Counted from the stretch's first letter, positions 13,587 to 26,585 are shown. The stretch: 64,000 nt of DNA from Narcine bancroftii (GCF_036971445.1 NC_091479.1:99882001-99946000), one strand, 5' to 3'. Translations and numbers: made by a program. Notes: generated by a model from the sequence alone, not told the origin.

Positions 13587-14441
13587 TCAAGCCAACTTTA
13601 GGTAGTTTGGCACGGAATAATTGAACATGACAAAATCCAATTTGTAGAGGTTAAACAACTGAGTTTGGAAGGCTGAGCTGATATTTTGGAAAAACTGGGC
13701 CGTCATTTCGTCCGTAGTTCTCGTAGATTTGGCGTAGGTCGGAAACTTGACCAGGTTGTCCACTCCGGCTAGCCGCAGGATGTAGTTGGCGTCTTCCTGC
13801 AGGCTTTCGTACTTGCCAATGAGGTCATAGTGGATGTGGCAGGGGTGGCAGAGGGAGTACACCGTCTCCCAGTGTTCGTTGAAGGGCTCTTCCCTCTGCG
13901 TGTGGGGGTCGACGAGGTATCCCACAAACTCCTCAAACCGCACATCGCTGCCGCTGCGCAGGGCATCCCGGGTCGCGTTCTTCCGCTGGCGCCGCACAAT
14001 CTTCGTGCCGTACCGCTTGTGGAAGGACGTGTTGTACCTCCTGGTGAACTTGTTCCTGTAGGCCGACACCAGCCTCTCAAAGGGCTCGCGCACGAACATG
14101 AACTTCAGGTAATTTTTTAACCGGTGGTTGATCTCTGAGATGCTGTACTGATTGAGGGTTCGCAAGTTGGACGGAATGTGCGCCTCGTTGGCTTGGATCT
14201 CCATGGGGTCGCTGTACTTTCCATGCCCTGTGAGCACCATCATTACCCTCTTCCAGTTTGTACACGCCACCTTCGGAACGTAGCAGTAGATCAGCTGGTG
14301 GTCTTCATCCACCACGAGGTGCTTCAGGTCGTTGGGGGTCAAAACCCGCCGTTTTCGACTCCTGGCACTGTTCGCCCGGCATGTCTGCGCCACCTGGTTC
14401 CTTCTTATTTGATGTGCCACTTCCGTGCTGGAGAACTCGTA
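13587..14441 (-). CDS. CHST11: Carbohydrate sulfotransferase 11 (chondroitin 4-O-sulfotransferase 1), terminal coding exon containing the whole catalytic domain
   Basis: Translation [17 protein letters not shown]...PNYLKLA* is collinear with the human CHST11 last exon as I recall it (LELSNTAVLHQMRRDQV...PSYLKLE). It has the 5'-PSB motif [14 protein letters not shown], the 3'-PB motif [17 protein letters not shown]-terminal [10 protein letters not shown] and four N-glycosylation sequons (NTS, NAT, NIS, NYS). The exon starts at a phase-0 acceptor, tttcatttcag|TAC; the ORF-track start at 14420 is an internal GTG. The paralogue CHST13 is less likely. Confidence 0.93.
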   Translation of the reverse strand, partial: YEFSSTEVAHQIRRNQVAQTCRANSARSRKRRVLTPNDLKHLVVDEDHQLIYCYVPKVACTNWKRVMMVLTGHGKYSDPMEIQANEAHIPSNLRTLNQYSISEINHRLKNYLKFMFVREPFERLVSAYRNKFTRRYNTSFHKRYGTKIVRRQRKNATRDALRSGSDVRFEEFVGYLVDPHTQREEPFNEHWETVYSLCHPCHIHYDLIGKYESLQEDANYILRLAGVDNLVKFPTYAKSTRTTDEMTAQFFQNISSAFQTQLFNLYKLDFVMFNYSVPNYLKLA

Positions 14442-14462
14442 CTGAAATGAAACACATTAAAT
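14442..14462 (-). promoter_or_regulatory. 3' splice acceptor of the CHST11 terminal exon
   Basis: Minus strand reads ttaatgtgtttcatttcag immediately before the in-frame TAC, at the position of the known exon junction in vertebrate CHST11. Confidence 0.88.
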
Positions 14463-14574
14463 ATTTAGTGACAGGTTTAGGCCCTTCACTCCATACAAAA
14501 GCTCAACCTTTTTCATTCATTCACATACAACCTTAAGTAATCCCTTACTAACCACAGAGCACCGATATCCTAGA

Positions 14575-14995
14575 GCCACTGATCTAGTCCATGCCAAACT
14601 ATTATTCTGTCTCATCTCAGTGATCTGCACCTGGTCCAGATCCCTCCCGTCCATGTATCTGTCCAAATTTTTCTTGAATGTCAAAATCGAGCCCCTATTC
14701 ACCACTTCAGCTGGCAGCTTATTCCATACTCTTCTCTTGCAAGGAGAAGTTCCCCTTTGTGCTCCCTTTAAACATTTCACCCTTCACTCTTAATTCATGT
14801 CCTTGAGTTCTTGTCTCACCCAGTGTTAAAAGCCTGCTTGTTCGATACACCTTTATCAAATCTCCCCTCATTTATATGCACTCCAGGATATAAAGTCCTA
14901 TCCTGTTTAATCTTTTCCTGTAACTCAGTTCCTTAAGTCGGCAACATCCTCGTAAATCTTATTGATTATTGATATCGCCTGTAGTTAGGCGACCA
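14575..14995 (-). mobile_element. CR1 3' fragment next to the CHST11 acceptor
   Basis: Reverse complement reads VWNKLPAEVV..GSILTFKKNLDRYMDG, matching the CR1 end at 7560-7780. Similar short CR1 ends at about 380-540, 945-1180, 16790-17010, 24810-25070, 29080-29400, 45840-46290, 46520-46800 and 62970-63240. Confidence 0.8.
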
Positions 14996-15072
14996 GTTCA
15001 CATCTCATCTCAGCACATTTGACGATAATGAGTTTATCAGACACTGGGATTCTCACTTGCTGCAACTGAACA

Positions 15073-15718
15073 AGTACAACTCTGATTAATCCAAAATCGG
15101 GCTCTCCGAAATCTGAATTTAATTTTTTTTTTGTATAAATGAAGATATCCAAAACAAATCAGAGATCCTCATTTATTCAAAATTTTTCAGCGCCGAACTG
15201 ATCTCACAGGTTGAAAAAGAATTCACCCAACATGAAATTAAAACGATTATTGTCCTTGTTTCAGGTAACTCCCTCCACTCTCTCTCTTTCCATTCCTTCT
15301 TTACCTTCCCCTATTGACTTTTCTCTCCAACTCTCCCTCTCAAACTGCGTGCCACTGTTTCCCAACCACAAGCGGCCAGAAGAATCTTTTGTCCTGGTGT
15401 CATCAAGGAGAGCGGCCACCCGGGCAGGAGCGTGGACCTTGGATTCTCGGTAGGAGTGGGGACTTCAATCAGGCTCCGGGCAGGAGTGGGGCCTTGGTGG
15501 GGAGGTGTCAGTGATCAGCGGTGGCCAGCATTTTTTTTGGTGAGAATTAAACATTATTTTAATGATTAAAAAGTTTTCACTTGTTATTTGTTGTTGTTTA
15601 AGCAATGATTTGCTGTTATTACTGGGCTGTTTTAAAAAAATGGCCATTTATCCAAAGAATTTAGTTATCCGACATAGGCTAGGTCCCAACCATTTTGGAT
15701 AATCGGGTTGTATGGTAC
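15073..15718. mobile_element. pogo/Tigger-like non-autonomous element
   Basis: Inverted termini tacaactctgattaatccaaaat / attttggataatcgggttgta. Confidence 0.6.
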
Positions 15719-15949
15719 TTTGTAAAAACTGTAACTACAAATTCAACTATAAAGCAACTACAATGGAATATTTCAATGAATTATAAAGAGAGAATAAATA
15801 CATAAATAAATAGATAATATTCACATTTATTCTCGTGAAAAATAGAAATGACTTAGCAATAGTGTCGGGGCCACCCCTGATTAGTGTAAAAAGGGGCAGT
15901 TTAATAGCCTGATAGTTGTTGGAACCAAATTGTTCTTGAATCCAGAGGA

Positions 15950-16557
15950 GCTGGTTACAGTGTTGGTGGGTGATCTATCCTGGGGCCTTCCTATCAATGC
16001 AATCATGAAGAAAGCTCACCAGCATCTATATTTTATTTGGAGTTTGAGGAGATTTGGTAATGTAAATTTCTACAGGTGTACTGAGCAGAGCATTCTGACT
16101 GGTTGCATCATTGTCTGGTATCGAAGGGCCAATGCACAGTACAGTAAAAGGCTACAGAGAGTTGTGAACTTGGCCAGTGCCACCACAGGCATCAGTCTTC
16201 ACTCTATCGACGATATCTACAAGAGACGGTGTCTCGATAAAGCAGCCTCTATCATCAAGGACTCTCGCCACCCAGGTCATGCCCTCTTCACACTGCTTTC
16301 ACCAGGAAGGAGGTTCAGGAGCCTTCAGACAAACGCCCAACGGTACAAAAACAGCTTCTTCCCCTCCGCCACCAGATTTCCAAACAGACATTGAACCAGA
16401 GTTACCTCCGCCCATTTTCCTCTTCCTTTGCATTAATTTAGAGTGTGTTTACAGAAATGTAATTTAAGGTAATTTTGCACCCATAATACACAACACCGCT
16501 GCCACAAAACAACAAATTTTATGACACATGTTCATGACAATAAACCGGATTCTGATA
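15950..16557 (+). mobile_element. Rex1/Babar-type LINE 3' fragment
   Basis: NFYRCTEQSILTGCIIVWY...RLQRVV...KAASIIKD.RHPGHALFTLL..GRRFRS...KNSFFP; tail catgacaataaac. Confidence 0.8.
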
Positions 16558-18269
16558 CTTGTCTTGGTCCTCCAGCAAGGTGTTGATGGGTGACACCCTT
16601 ACCCAAAGCAAGTCCTCCAGTCCAGAGAGGGATTTGAACTCACAGGTATCTATCTGACTCCAAGGTGATTAGTGCTATCCGGAGGTCTGGAACTCACTAC
16701 CTGAACGGCGGTGAAAGCAGAAACTCCCTTCACACTTCAGTAGTACTTGGAAATACTCACAGGTTATGGAAGGTGGGAAGAATCATAGATACATACAGCA
16801 CGGGACAGGTCCTTCGGCCCAACTTATCCATGCCAACATTCTGGGCTAGTACTGCTTGGTCCATGCCCTTCTTAAACCCCCTCTTGTCCACACATCAGTC
16901 CAAATATCATTTGAACGTCATAATTTTGTCCACTTCTACAGCTTCCTGTGGCAGCCTATTCCAGATACGGACCACCTTCTGATTGAAATGGTTACCCCTC
17001 AGGATCCCCTCCCCCCCTTAACTCTCTCACAATGTAGAAAAAGGAAAACAATTTTAGTATATTTTTATGTGCATGATAATCAATGGAACCTCTGTCCTCT
17101 AGTTCTTTTTCAGGGCAGCATAGACTCCATGGACCAAATGTCCTCTTGTGGTGTCATTAATGAACCAAGTCTTTGTATTAATGACTCTTTGTATCAATGC
17201 TGTTTCAATCAGTTGCTGATTACCTAGTTAGTCATTCATTCATTAGGAAAAGTCCTTGGGGTCAAACGCAGCAGGCAGTGCACTGCATTTCCGTTTGGAG
17301 AATGAACACATGGCTCCCTCCCTGTACCCGAGTAGCCAGTCCAGTTGCAGTTCCCTATCTGCTGGAAATATTACTGCTACTGTCACAGTGGGCAGTGGCA
17401 GTGTAAAGCCAATTTCCTTTCATGTTTTACATGGACTTGCACAGCACTCATTAGAAAGCACGGCAAAATGACCATGGCACGTCGGACAGCATAGCACTAC
17501 GTTAACACACTACAGATGTGACACCTTGAACTGATAGGACAGGCAGCTCTGAGGCAGAAAACAACGCTCATTATTTTAACTCCCTGCTGCTTAATTCTAT
17601 GTATAATTCGATTTTTATTTCTTCATTAAAAGGTTATGGTACTCAGAGTTTTAGAGAGGTTGATTCCTCTGGTAGAGAACTAGGGACGAGGAGATGAGGA
17701 GAAATGTCTTCCCCCGTGGGCTCTGGGATTTTCTCAGAGGCTCACACACTGACGTTGAGATCGAGAGATATTTGGATGGTAAGGGACTTGGAAAAAATGG
17801 CCAAGCGATGTAAAGAGTCAACCCACCCCGGCCACACTCTCTTCTCCAACCATCCACCAGGAAGGAGATCCGCGAGGGTGAGATCACACGCCACCTGATT
17901 CAAGGATAGTTATCGGACACCTGAATGAAGCCCCAAAATTCTCTGCACCAACTGATCTCGTTCTGTAACTCTGCATTTCAGTAACTGTGCCTTGCTTGTA
18001 TTATGCATGACTGTCTTACTGGTCTGCTTGCAAAGCAGCCTCGATTACTCCACCTTGGAAAATGTGGCAACAAACTTGAACCTGATATGGCGATCGGATA
18101 AGAAACTGAGTTTCACATGTAGGATAGGTCAAGATACTTACAATTAGCAAAGTAATATTGAAGGATGTATGATTGACATTTTTGTAATGTTCTTATTAAA
18201 CATACCAACAGATTTTGCAAGAAACTTTTAAGGGTAAAATGGATCGACTGTAGAGAACCTCCTACATAT

Positions 18270-18660
18270 CAGAATCAGAATCAGGTTTATCCTGATAAAT
18301 GTGCCACAAAATTTGTTGCTTGGTCGCAGCAGCATTGTTCATTACAGGGGCAAAAATTGCTATAAATTACATTTCTCGAATTACAAAAAAAAGATGAGTG
18401 CAAAGGAAGAGAAAGTGAGGTAGTATCTGTGGTTCATTGTCTGTTCAGGAATCTGATGGCGGAAGGGAAAAATCTGTTTCTGTATACCATTGGGTGATTG
18501 TTGTCGGGCTCCTGTACCTCCTTCCTGTTTGTAGCAGTTAGAAGAGGGCCTGGGTGGTGGGGGTCCTTGAGGATAGAGGCTGGTTTCTTGTGTCCTAATG
18601 GAGTAAAGATTGGTGCCCGTGATAGCGTTGGCTGAGCTCACAACTCCCTGTAGCCTTTCC
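18270..18660 (-). mobile_element. Rex1/Babar-type LINE 3' fragment
   Basis: Reverse complement of the same C-terminus, with a short (atcaga)n tail. Confidence 0.7.
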
Positions 18661-19659
18661 CTGGTCTACCTAGTACAGATTCTTTCTGACAGCTATCAGG
18701 CTCTTAAATGCTCCTTTGTTACAGTAATCAGGGACTGCTCTGACACCACAGAAGGTTTTTTTTGCTTTTAAACTTTGGGATAACTGTGAATATTTATGAT
18801 TTATTTCTTTTTGTATTTATGATCTCTTTTTCATTCTATTATTGGGGTATATCCTTTTCTTTTGTTATGAAGTTCCAGTTTTTTTGTGAAGTGCCAGTTC
18901 ACAAGATCTAGGAGCAGAAGAAGCTCATTGAGTCTGCTCCGCCATTTAATCATGAGCTGATCCATCCTTCTACTCAGACCTACTTCCCGAATCCCTTGAG
19001 GCCCTGACTAATCAAATACTTGGCAATCTCTGCAGCAAGTAAGAATTTGAGTGCACATGTACATTGTACAATGAATGCATCAATATGATGGCTCCAGGAT
19101 AGGTCTTCAGAGATGTTGAAACTCAAGAATTTGACGTTTCTTACCCTCTACTGGGCTGCGTTCTCCTGGATTTCCTTTCCTGAAGTCCACATTATTTATT
19201 ACTGAATATTTATTTATATTTTCTGTATTTGCACAGTCAGTTTGTTCACATTTCTCTCCTTTATATACACATCTTTTACTTGAGTATGGTTTATATTACC
19301 AATAAATAGAAATTCTGCCCAGCCTGCAGGAGAATCTCAGGATTGTGTGTGATGTCATGTATGTTCTATGACAATAAATTTGAATTTGAACTTGACTTGT
19401 AAGGAGGAATTGAATTGTTTATTTTTGTCATGTGGACCAAGATAGAGTACAAAGAGTCCTGCGTTGGGTTAAATGTGGAAGAGAAAATGGGCCTGTAAGA
19501 TTGGCCATCCTTTCAGTAGGCCCATTCCACATGAGGAGTGTCTTCGAATTCCTCTTCTCGTGCAAATCTCCATGTTGCTTCTGTGTATGATTCTACCTGC
19601 AGCATAAATACATCTGAATATTGTCATTTATTGGTCTGATGGTGAAGGATTTGAGAGCA

Positions 19660-19875
19660 GAACACGAAAGTCTGCTGACGATGCTGGAGAAACTCAGCAG
19701 GCCAAACGGTGTCCTTTATATGGATGGCAAAGATAAATATATTTCGGTCTTGCGTCCTTCATCAAGGTATCGTGTATCTTAATCTTTGCTCTATAAAGGA
19801 CACTGTTTGACTTGCTGAGTTTCTCCAGCATTATGTTTTTACTTCAATATCGGCAGCTGCAAACTTTTGTGCTTT
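19660..19875. repeat. Foldback (palindromic) Penelope pLTR derivative
   Basis: atgctggagaaactcagcaggccaaacggtgtcctttata (19681-19720) is inverted at 19792-19831. Confidence 0.82.
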
Positions 19876-20609
19876 ACTCCAATGAGCAAAATGTTGGCAG
19901 ACGGCTGAAGAAAATAAAGTATTTGCGCATCTTTTGAGTGAGAAGTGGATAAGAGGTGACTGTTCCTACAGATCCCTGACATATATAGAGTCAGTGGTGG
20001 TTGACCTACAATATTCCTTCCTGCTTGTGGCATGTATGGGGCATGCATTTCATTCCATAGGATGTACAGAGTACTTATGAAAATATGAATTGTTGGCACA
20101 AGATATCATCAAATAGAGTTATTGGAGGGATGCCCAAACTGAATTGAAAAGAAGCCATTGAACTCAAGAGCCCAGTGGAATGATGGGCTGTCATTACCTT
20201 TATTTTTGTTTCTACAAATTAAAGGTCCAGATATGAAAGGCCAACTCAATAATAAAAGTTTAGTTTAAGTAACTTCAGGAGTTTGTGAGAACTCTGCTGT
20301 CTGTTCATGACAGTGAGCGATCTTCTCCCTCACCCAGAAGGTAAAGGTCTCTGCGCAGAGAATCTTGCATTGTACGGGCCGAAACGTTGTCCTTTCAACA
20401 ATTAAACTGCTGCCGTGTTAGTATCAATGGTGTTCAGAAATCACGCTTGCTCTGATTAAACACAAGGTCACAAGAATTACAAGAGGCCTGTTTTTTTTTA
20501 AAGACATAACAATGTCTGAAAATTTGAGCTTCTAAGTTCAGAAAGTTCCCCCCCCCCCCCCCCCCTTACAGTTATTAGGTTCTTGAGCCTCTCCAAATTA
20601 CCCTAACGC

Positions 20610-20940
20610 TCACAGACACCAGACTTCACTCTATCGAGGATGCCCACGTGAGGGAGTGTCTTTAAAAAAAAGCAGCCTCTATCCAGGACAAGCCATCTTC
20701 ACTCTGCTACCATCGGGGAAAAGGAACAGGTGCCTAAAGACGAGCTCTCAACAGTACAGGGACAATTTCTTCCCCACTGCCATCAGATTCCTGAATGATC
20801 AATGAACCTTACTTCTCAGACACTATTATTATTTTTTATATAGTAATAAGATGGTTTATAATACAACCGTTTACAATGTGATTCTGCTGCAAAACACCTA
20901 ATTGCATGACTTGTTCATGACAATAAATCCTGATTCTGAT
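20610..20940 (+). mobile_element. Rex1/Babar-type LINE 3' fragment
   Basis: ctgctaccatcgggga...ttcttccccactgccatcagattcctgaa...catgacaataaa. Confidence 0.72.
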
Positions 20941-21474
20941 AAGCTTCTCTGAGACCACCAAAAGATCAGCCTTCACCTCTGAAATGTCAGTTTTGAACTT
21001 GCACTTACTATAACTGAATATTAAGTGCAGATTCCTCTATTGACATGTAATAAGACAGAATACGTAGCATCACACAAAACTGCCTACTGCCGCTGTAACA
21101 CAAAGAGACGCTGTTAGTGTCGCCTGGTGTCCCTTATAGCAGAGTAGACAATGTAAAAGAGTGGATTAACCTCCAGTGCTCCCGCAGCCTCTGCAACCAT
21201 ACAGACTCCTGCTCGATCCATCGGCCGCCTGGGCTCCAGATCTGAACCTCCGACAGGACCAGGAAGCCTTCTTCATTGCCCGAGGCCCTTCTTGCCCTCA
21301 GCACCCTCTCAAATCCCTGCTCCGATGCCTGGTTCCCATGAGCCCGTTTCGTGCGGGTCCCCCGACTGCAAGTCGCCTGCAGCCTGTGTGGGTCCCTCAG
21401 ACAGAGCCCCTTGCTGGTCCAATGCCCATGTTTATTCTTTTAGATCTATTACCTCTTCCATGCATTTCAGGAGT

Positions 21475-21716
21475 GAAATGCAAGACTCGGCAGATGCTGT
21501 GATTGTAGCAAAAACATAGAAATGCTGGAGGATCTCAGCCAGTCTCACAGTGTCCATAGGAGGCAAAGATCTATTACTAACGATTCGGGCCTGAGCCCTC
21601 GTCAAGTGCACCATATCTTGAAGAAGGGCCCAGACCTGAAATGTCAGTAATATATTTTTACCTCCTACAGTCATTGCGAGACTGGCTGAGATCCTCCAGC
21701 AGTTCTGTGTTTTTAC
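21475..21716. repeat. Foldback (palindromic) Penelope pLTR derivative
   Basis: Inverted arms of about 97 bp at 21510-21606 and 21617-21714 around a 10-nt loop. Confidence 0.85.
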
Positions 21717-21869
21717 TTATTTATTTTATCTGTTTGGTAATATTGTGGTAATTTTTTTTCACCATTGTAGTTGGTGTATTTTACATAATGGAGAAAGTTA
21801 GAATTTCAGTGCATCTGTACATTGTACTTATGTATTTGACAATATGCTCTCATCTCATCTCTCACGTTA

Positions 21870-22105
21870 ATCCCTTTCTACATTCTATTAACAACCCCTA
21901 GATTCTACCCCTCACCTACACTCTAGGGACAGCTTACAGCAGCCAATTAACCTACCAACCCATTCCTACGTGGGACGTGGGAAGAAACTCGAGCACCTGG
22001 GGCAAGCTAGAAACCTGCACCCAGCATGGGCCCGAGGTCGGAATGGAACCTGGGTCTCTCTGGCTGTAAGCCAGCAGCTTTATCTGCTGCGTCACAGTGC
22101 TACCC
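21870..22105 (-). mobile_element. Older V-SINE variant
   Basis: Reverse complement of a tRNA head (ggaacctgggtctctctggctgtaag...cacagtgctaccc) and body. Confidence 0.65.
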
Positions 22106-22724
22106 ACTGTTCTTACTCCCTTATAAAGTAAAACCCCAGGTATCCAGCACCTACGGGGATCGGCAGTCCCCGGTTAAATGAATTTCCCAGTTGCTTCAGA
22201 CTGCATGTTGCGAGATTGGCCAACTAAAGGCGAGGAGCACCAATTTTAAACTTTTGTACTTTTTTACTCATTTATTTTCTTGGATTTTTTTTGCTGTTTG
22301 CTTGAATTCTGGATAACAGAGATTTTATTGAATAGATGACAATTCACAGGATAATAGCAGACACACAGAGAACTCCTTGTTCACACAGATGTACAACAGC
22401 ACTTCACAATTTTCCCTCTCCTTGCTCAGTAAACATGCCTACGGGGCTGTGCAGTTGCATTGTCAAACAATATTTAAGACCAGGCCACAATATTAAAACA
22501 AATAGTCAAAAATGTGTCTACTGGAAGGTAGAGAGGTGGTGAGATGTAAGGAGGGAATCCAGGAGCTGGGGACTTGGGACAGCTTCAAGTATAACCAGGC
22601 TTCGGAGCAACTGAAGTCCAGGTTGCCTAGTGGTATGAACTGATGGATCCCAGAAATCTGTGGCCTTGGTGGAGTTCACAGGGTTGGGAGAGTAGCAATG
22701 TCATAATCTCAACAGATGTGTTGT

Positions 22725-23230
22725 GAACAGTGTGCATCACGGTCTGGTATGGGGGACACCAATACCCCTGAGCATAAAGCCCTCCAAAAGGTAGTGGACA
22801 CAGCCCAGGACATCAAAGGCAAAACCCTCCCCACCATCGAGAACATCTATGGGGAACAGTGACGTTGGAGAGCAGTAGAAATCATCAAGGACTCACATCA
22901 TACAGCGCACACTCTGTTCTCGCTGCCACTGTCAGGAAAGAGGACTCCCACCACTGGGTTCAGGAACAGCTACTCCCCCTCCACAATCAGGCTTCTCAAC
23001 AACAAACTCAATCAGGGACTCCTTTAAGGACTCTCACTTTTGCACTTTATTGATTTTTTTTCCTCTTTGTATTGCAGTTTGTTTACATTTCTTTATTTGT
23101 TTACATGTGTACGTTATGTACAGATTTGTTTTTGCACTACCAATAAGTGGCAATTCTGCCTCGCCCGCAGGAAAAAGAAATCTCAGAATTGTATGTGATA
23201 TCATGTATGTACTCTGGCAATAAATCTGAA
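22725..23230 (+). mobile_element. Rex1/Babar-type LINE 3' fragment
   Basis: tgcatcacggtctggtatgggg...ctccaaaaggtagtggacacagcccagg; paralogous to 30245-30757. Confidence 0.8.
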
Positions 23231-25539
23231 AGGATTTGAAAATTTTCTGACAGCATCTTCAATCGCAAACTGAAATCCTGATTCCCTCAACATTATTGTT
23301 TTATTCCTTAAAATTGGCTGAAAACTTTCCTGAACTGTTCCCCCAGAAACAAAATGCCTTTCACCATTGCCCCACTGACAGATGAATAAAACTGTTGCTG
23401 ATCGATCAACTTGTCTCCCACGTTGGGATGTCCGAGCAAATCACCAGGGGTTGTTTCAATAGAAGCAGGAACTGAATTCCCTCCTTACCTCTCACCACCC
23501 CTCTGCCTTCTTGTAGACATTTTTGACTATATTTGTCTTAATATTGCGACCTGGTCTTCAATGCTCATGCACAACCCCACGGGGATGTTTTCTAAGCAAG
23601 GGGGCGGAAAGTTGTGACCACACAGTTGTCCATATCATCTGTGTGGTCTACAATACCGAGGGGAAATTTTCCGTCTTGTGTTTAGCATGCTTTGGCTGAT
23701 CCACTAAGAGCTGAGATGGGTTTAATTTCCTGAATTAACCCTGGACCCAGTGCTGACAAGACGCATTGCAAGACTGTCCCTTTCCGCAAGGCAATACAGT
23801 ACTGAGCCACGGACGTTGCACAAGAAGTGAGCTGGCTCTACTCACGATGGATAATGTGCAGCTGTACCCTGTAATTTGAGGAACACTTTGGCCAAGGACA
23901 AGCAATCTGATCCCTGCCTCAGAGTGCTCCCACTCCCCAACTGGGCCAAGAAAGGCAGAGTGTAGCTGGTCTCCTGCCCACAGACGGTGCCCTCACAGAG
24001 CAGTAATTCACTGCTAATGGTGCAGGCTCCTGAGCACGTCAGGAAACACGGCTGAACCAAGTTCTGGCTCCTGACCACAAGGTGAAGGATTAACGAGGGA
24101 GCAGAAAAATGACAGAAAGTTATGGTTTTCTTAACGTTCACCGTTTTCCTACTAAGCCAAGAGGCAGGAATGAGCGATAAATCTTGTGCTGCCTCGCCAT
24201 CTCCAAATGCTTCAACTGGAATGCTGAAATGGCAGGTAGAAAAAAAACATGTAAAGGCCCACCACCGTGGAAATTGATCGGTTCCTGAGTCATGACCGAC
24301 TTGTAAATGCCACTTTAAATGGGATGAAGTGCAGAAACCTACTGAGGCCCCAGTCACAGGCCACAGTTTAGATTTGAGACAATGTTACCAGGACTGGTGG
24401 GCTTGAATTATAAGGAGAGAGCTGGATAGGCTGGGACATTTCTTCCTGGATTGTAGGAGGCTGAGAAAAGGGATATAAAATCACAAGGAGCATGGGTAAA
24501 AATGTAGGACATGACAGCAGAGTACATCCCATGATGTGTCAACCTCCAGAAACCTACTCTATAACAATCACATCCTTCCCTTCCTCACACACGTGATCCT
24601 CTATTTTTCTTACATCTGTGCGTCTGTCAAAGTCTTTTAAATGTCCTTATTGTAGTGGCCTCTGCCACCACCCCCAGCAAAGCGATCCAGGTACCCGCCA
24701 CTCTCTGTGTAAAAAAACGTACCTCTGATTTATCTCCTAAACGGTTTTCTCTTGAGAAAATAATTTATTGTGAATAAAATTTATTTTTTGGGAAAAACAA
24801 AGTTAAACTGTCGTAGTCTTTTACCCAGAGTAGGGGGAATTCAAAATTAGAGGTGAGCGGGGAACAATTTACAAGGGATCTGAGGGGGAAATCTTCTTCA
24901 CACAGAGTGAGCTGGATGTGTGGAATGAGCTGCCAGAGGTGGGGACAATCGTGATGTTCAAAAGACATTTAGACAGGTACATGGAGAGAAAAGCCTCAGA
25001 GGGATATGGAATGAGCTTGGGTAGACAACTTGGCTGCATGGACGAGTTGGGCCAAAGGGCCCTTTTCCCTGACACCAGTCCTAGTGGGGCAACACTGATG
25101 GGCAATATAGTCATCATGAGCTATCATGTGACCCTGGCCTCTAATTGGCCCCACCCTCGTGATCACATGATTGGTGCCCAACACCCTCAATCTCACGGTT
25201 TCCCATTTCCCCACAGCCAATCAGAAAGCAAGCAGACTCTTTGTTACCTGATTGGATAATTGTTGACTGGCAGCCATGTGATATTAAAGAATGGTTTCAC
25301 ACACCATTCTGGCCTGAATGTGTTCTTTCATTGCACTTCATGTGCTGTGTGTGGATCTGTCTATCACCCTGTAAGAGGGATGTGATTGGGCGGGGTGGGG
25401 GGGGGGGGAAATGTAAAGGAGATCCAGGGCATTGCCTGGATTAAAGGACTGCTGCTCTGGGGAGAGACTAGAGATGCTGGGGTAGCTTTCCCTGCAGCAA
25501 AGGAGTTTGAGAGGTGACCTGATAGAAGTAGAGAAGATT

Positions 25540-25785
25540 GGGGTGGTACAGTTGGCATAGCAGTTAGAACAACGCTGTTACAGCACCAGCGATCGGGACT
25601 GGGGTTCGAATCCTGGGCTCTCTGTAAGGACTTTGTACATTCTCCTTGTTTCCCCGGGGGCTCCAGTTTCCTTCCACCATTCGAAACCTACTAGGGGTGT
25701 ACGTTAATTGGGCGTAATTGGGCAGCACGGACTCGTGGGCCGAAATGGCCTGTTACTGTATGTCTACATTTAAATTTAAATTTAA
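25540..25785 (+). mobile_element. V-SINE (HE1-like)
   Basis: gggtggtacagttggcatagc...ggttcgaatcc...aaatttaaatttaaa tail. Confidence 0.85.
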
Positions 25786-26069
25786 AAAGATATATAATAA
25801 AATCCCCATTATCTAGAATTCAAGCAATCAGCAGGCCTCGAGCAACCAGCAAAAAATACTTGCAGAAAATAAAGACGTAAAAAATATGGGTTTAGAATTG
25901 GCACTCCCCAGTGATTAGCTTGCCAATCACACAACACATAATCTCAAGCAACCAGAGAATTCACTTATCCGGCATATAACCAATCCCCAGAGGTGTCGGA
26001 TTTGAGAGGTTTTACTGTAAAAGGATAGAGATATCAAAAGAAGAGAGTAAATATTCAAGACAATGGAGT

Positions 26070-26310
26070 TTTACATTTTAGACGCAGCACGGTAACAGGC
26101 TCTTTTGGCCTAGGAGCCCGTGCCGCCCAGTTGACCTACAACCCCCGGTACGTTTTGAAGGGTGGGAGGTAACTGGAGTACCCCGGTGAAACCCACACAG
26201 ACACGGGGAGAACATACAACCTCCTTACAGACAGCGCAGGATTTGAATCTTGGTCCTGATCACTGGCGGTGTTACAACGTTGTGCCAATCGCTGCACCGA
26301 CCGTGCCGCC
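26070..26310 (-). mobile_element. V-SINE (HE1-like)
   Basis: Full reverse-complement copy ending accgtgccgccc. Confidence 0.85.
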
Positions 26311-26384
26311 CTTTTAAAGGGGATCTGAGGGGAACTTTTTTTTCTCAGAGCGTGGTTGATATCTGGTGCTGCAGAAGAGGATTT

Positions 26385-26585
26385 GGAGCCTGTGCAGCCC
26401 AATTGTACCCAATGAATCTACAACCCCAGTACGTTTTGGAGGGTGGGAGGAAATCGGAGCAACCAGAGGAAACTCATGTAGACACGGGGAAAGCATACAA
26501 ACTCCTTACAAACAGCGTTGGATTCGAACTTGGGCCACTGGCGCTTTAACAGCTTTGATCTAACCACTATGCTCACCGTGCTGCT
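26385..26585 (-). mobile_element. V-SINE (HE1-like)
   Basis: Second reverse-complement copy (ggaggaaatcggagc...ggattcgaac). Confidence 0.8.

Noticed and set aside
13769-14536. Overlapping alternative and antisense ORFs over CHST11
   Set aside because: Shadow ORFs from GC-rich codon usage of the real exon.
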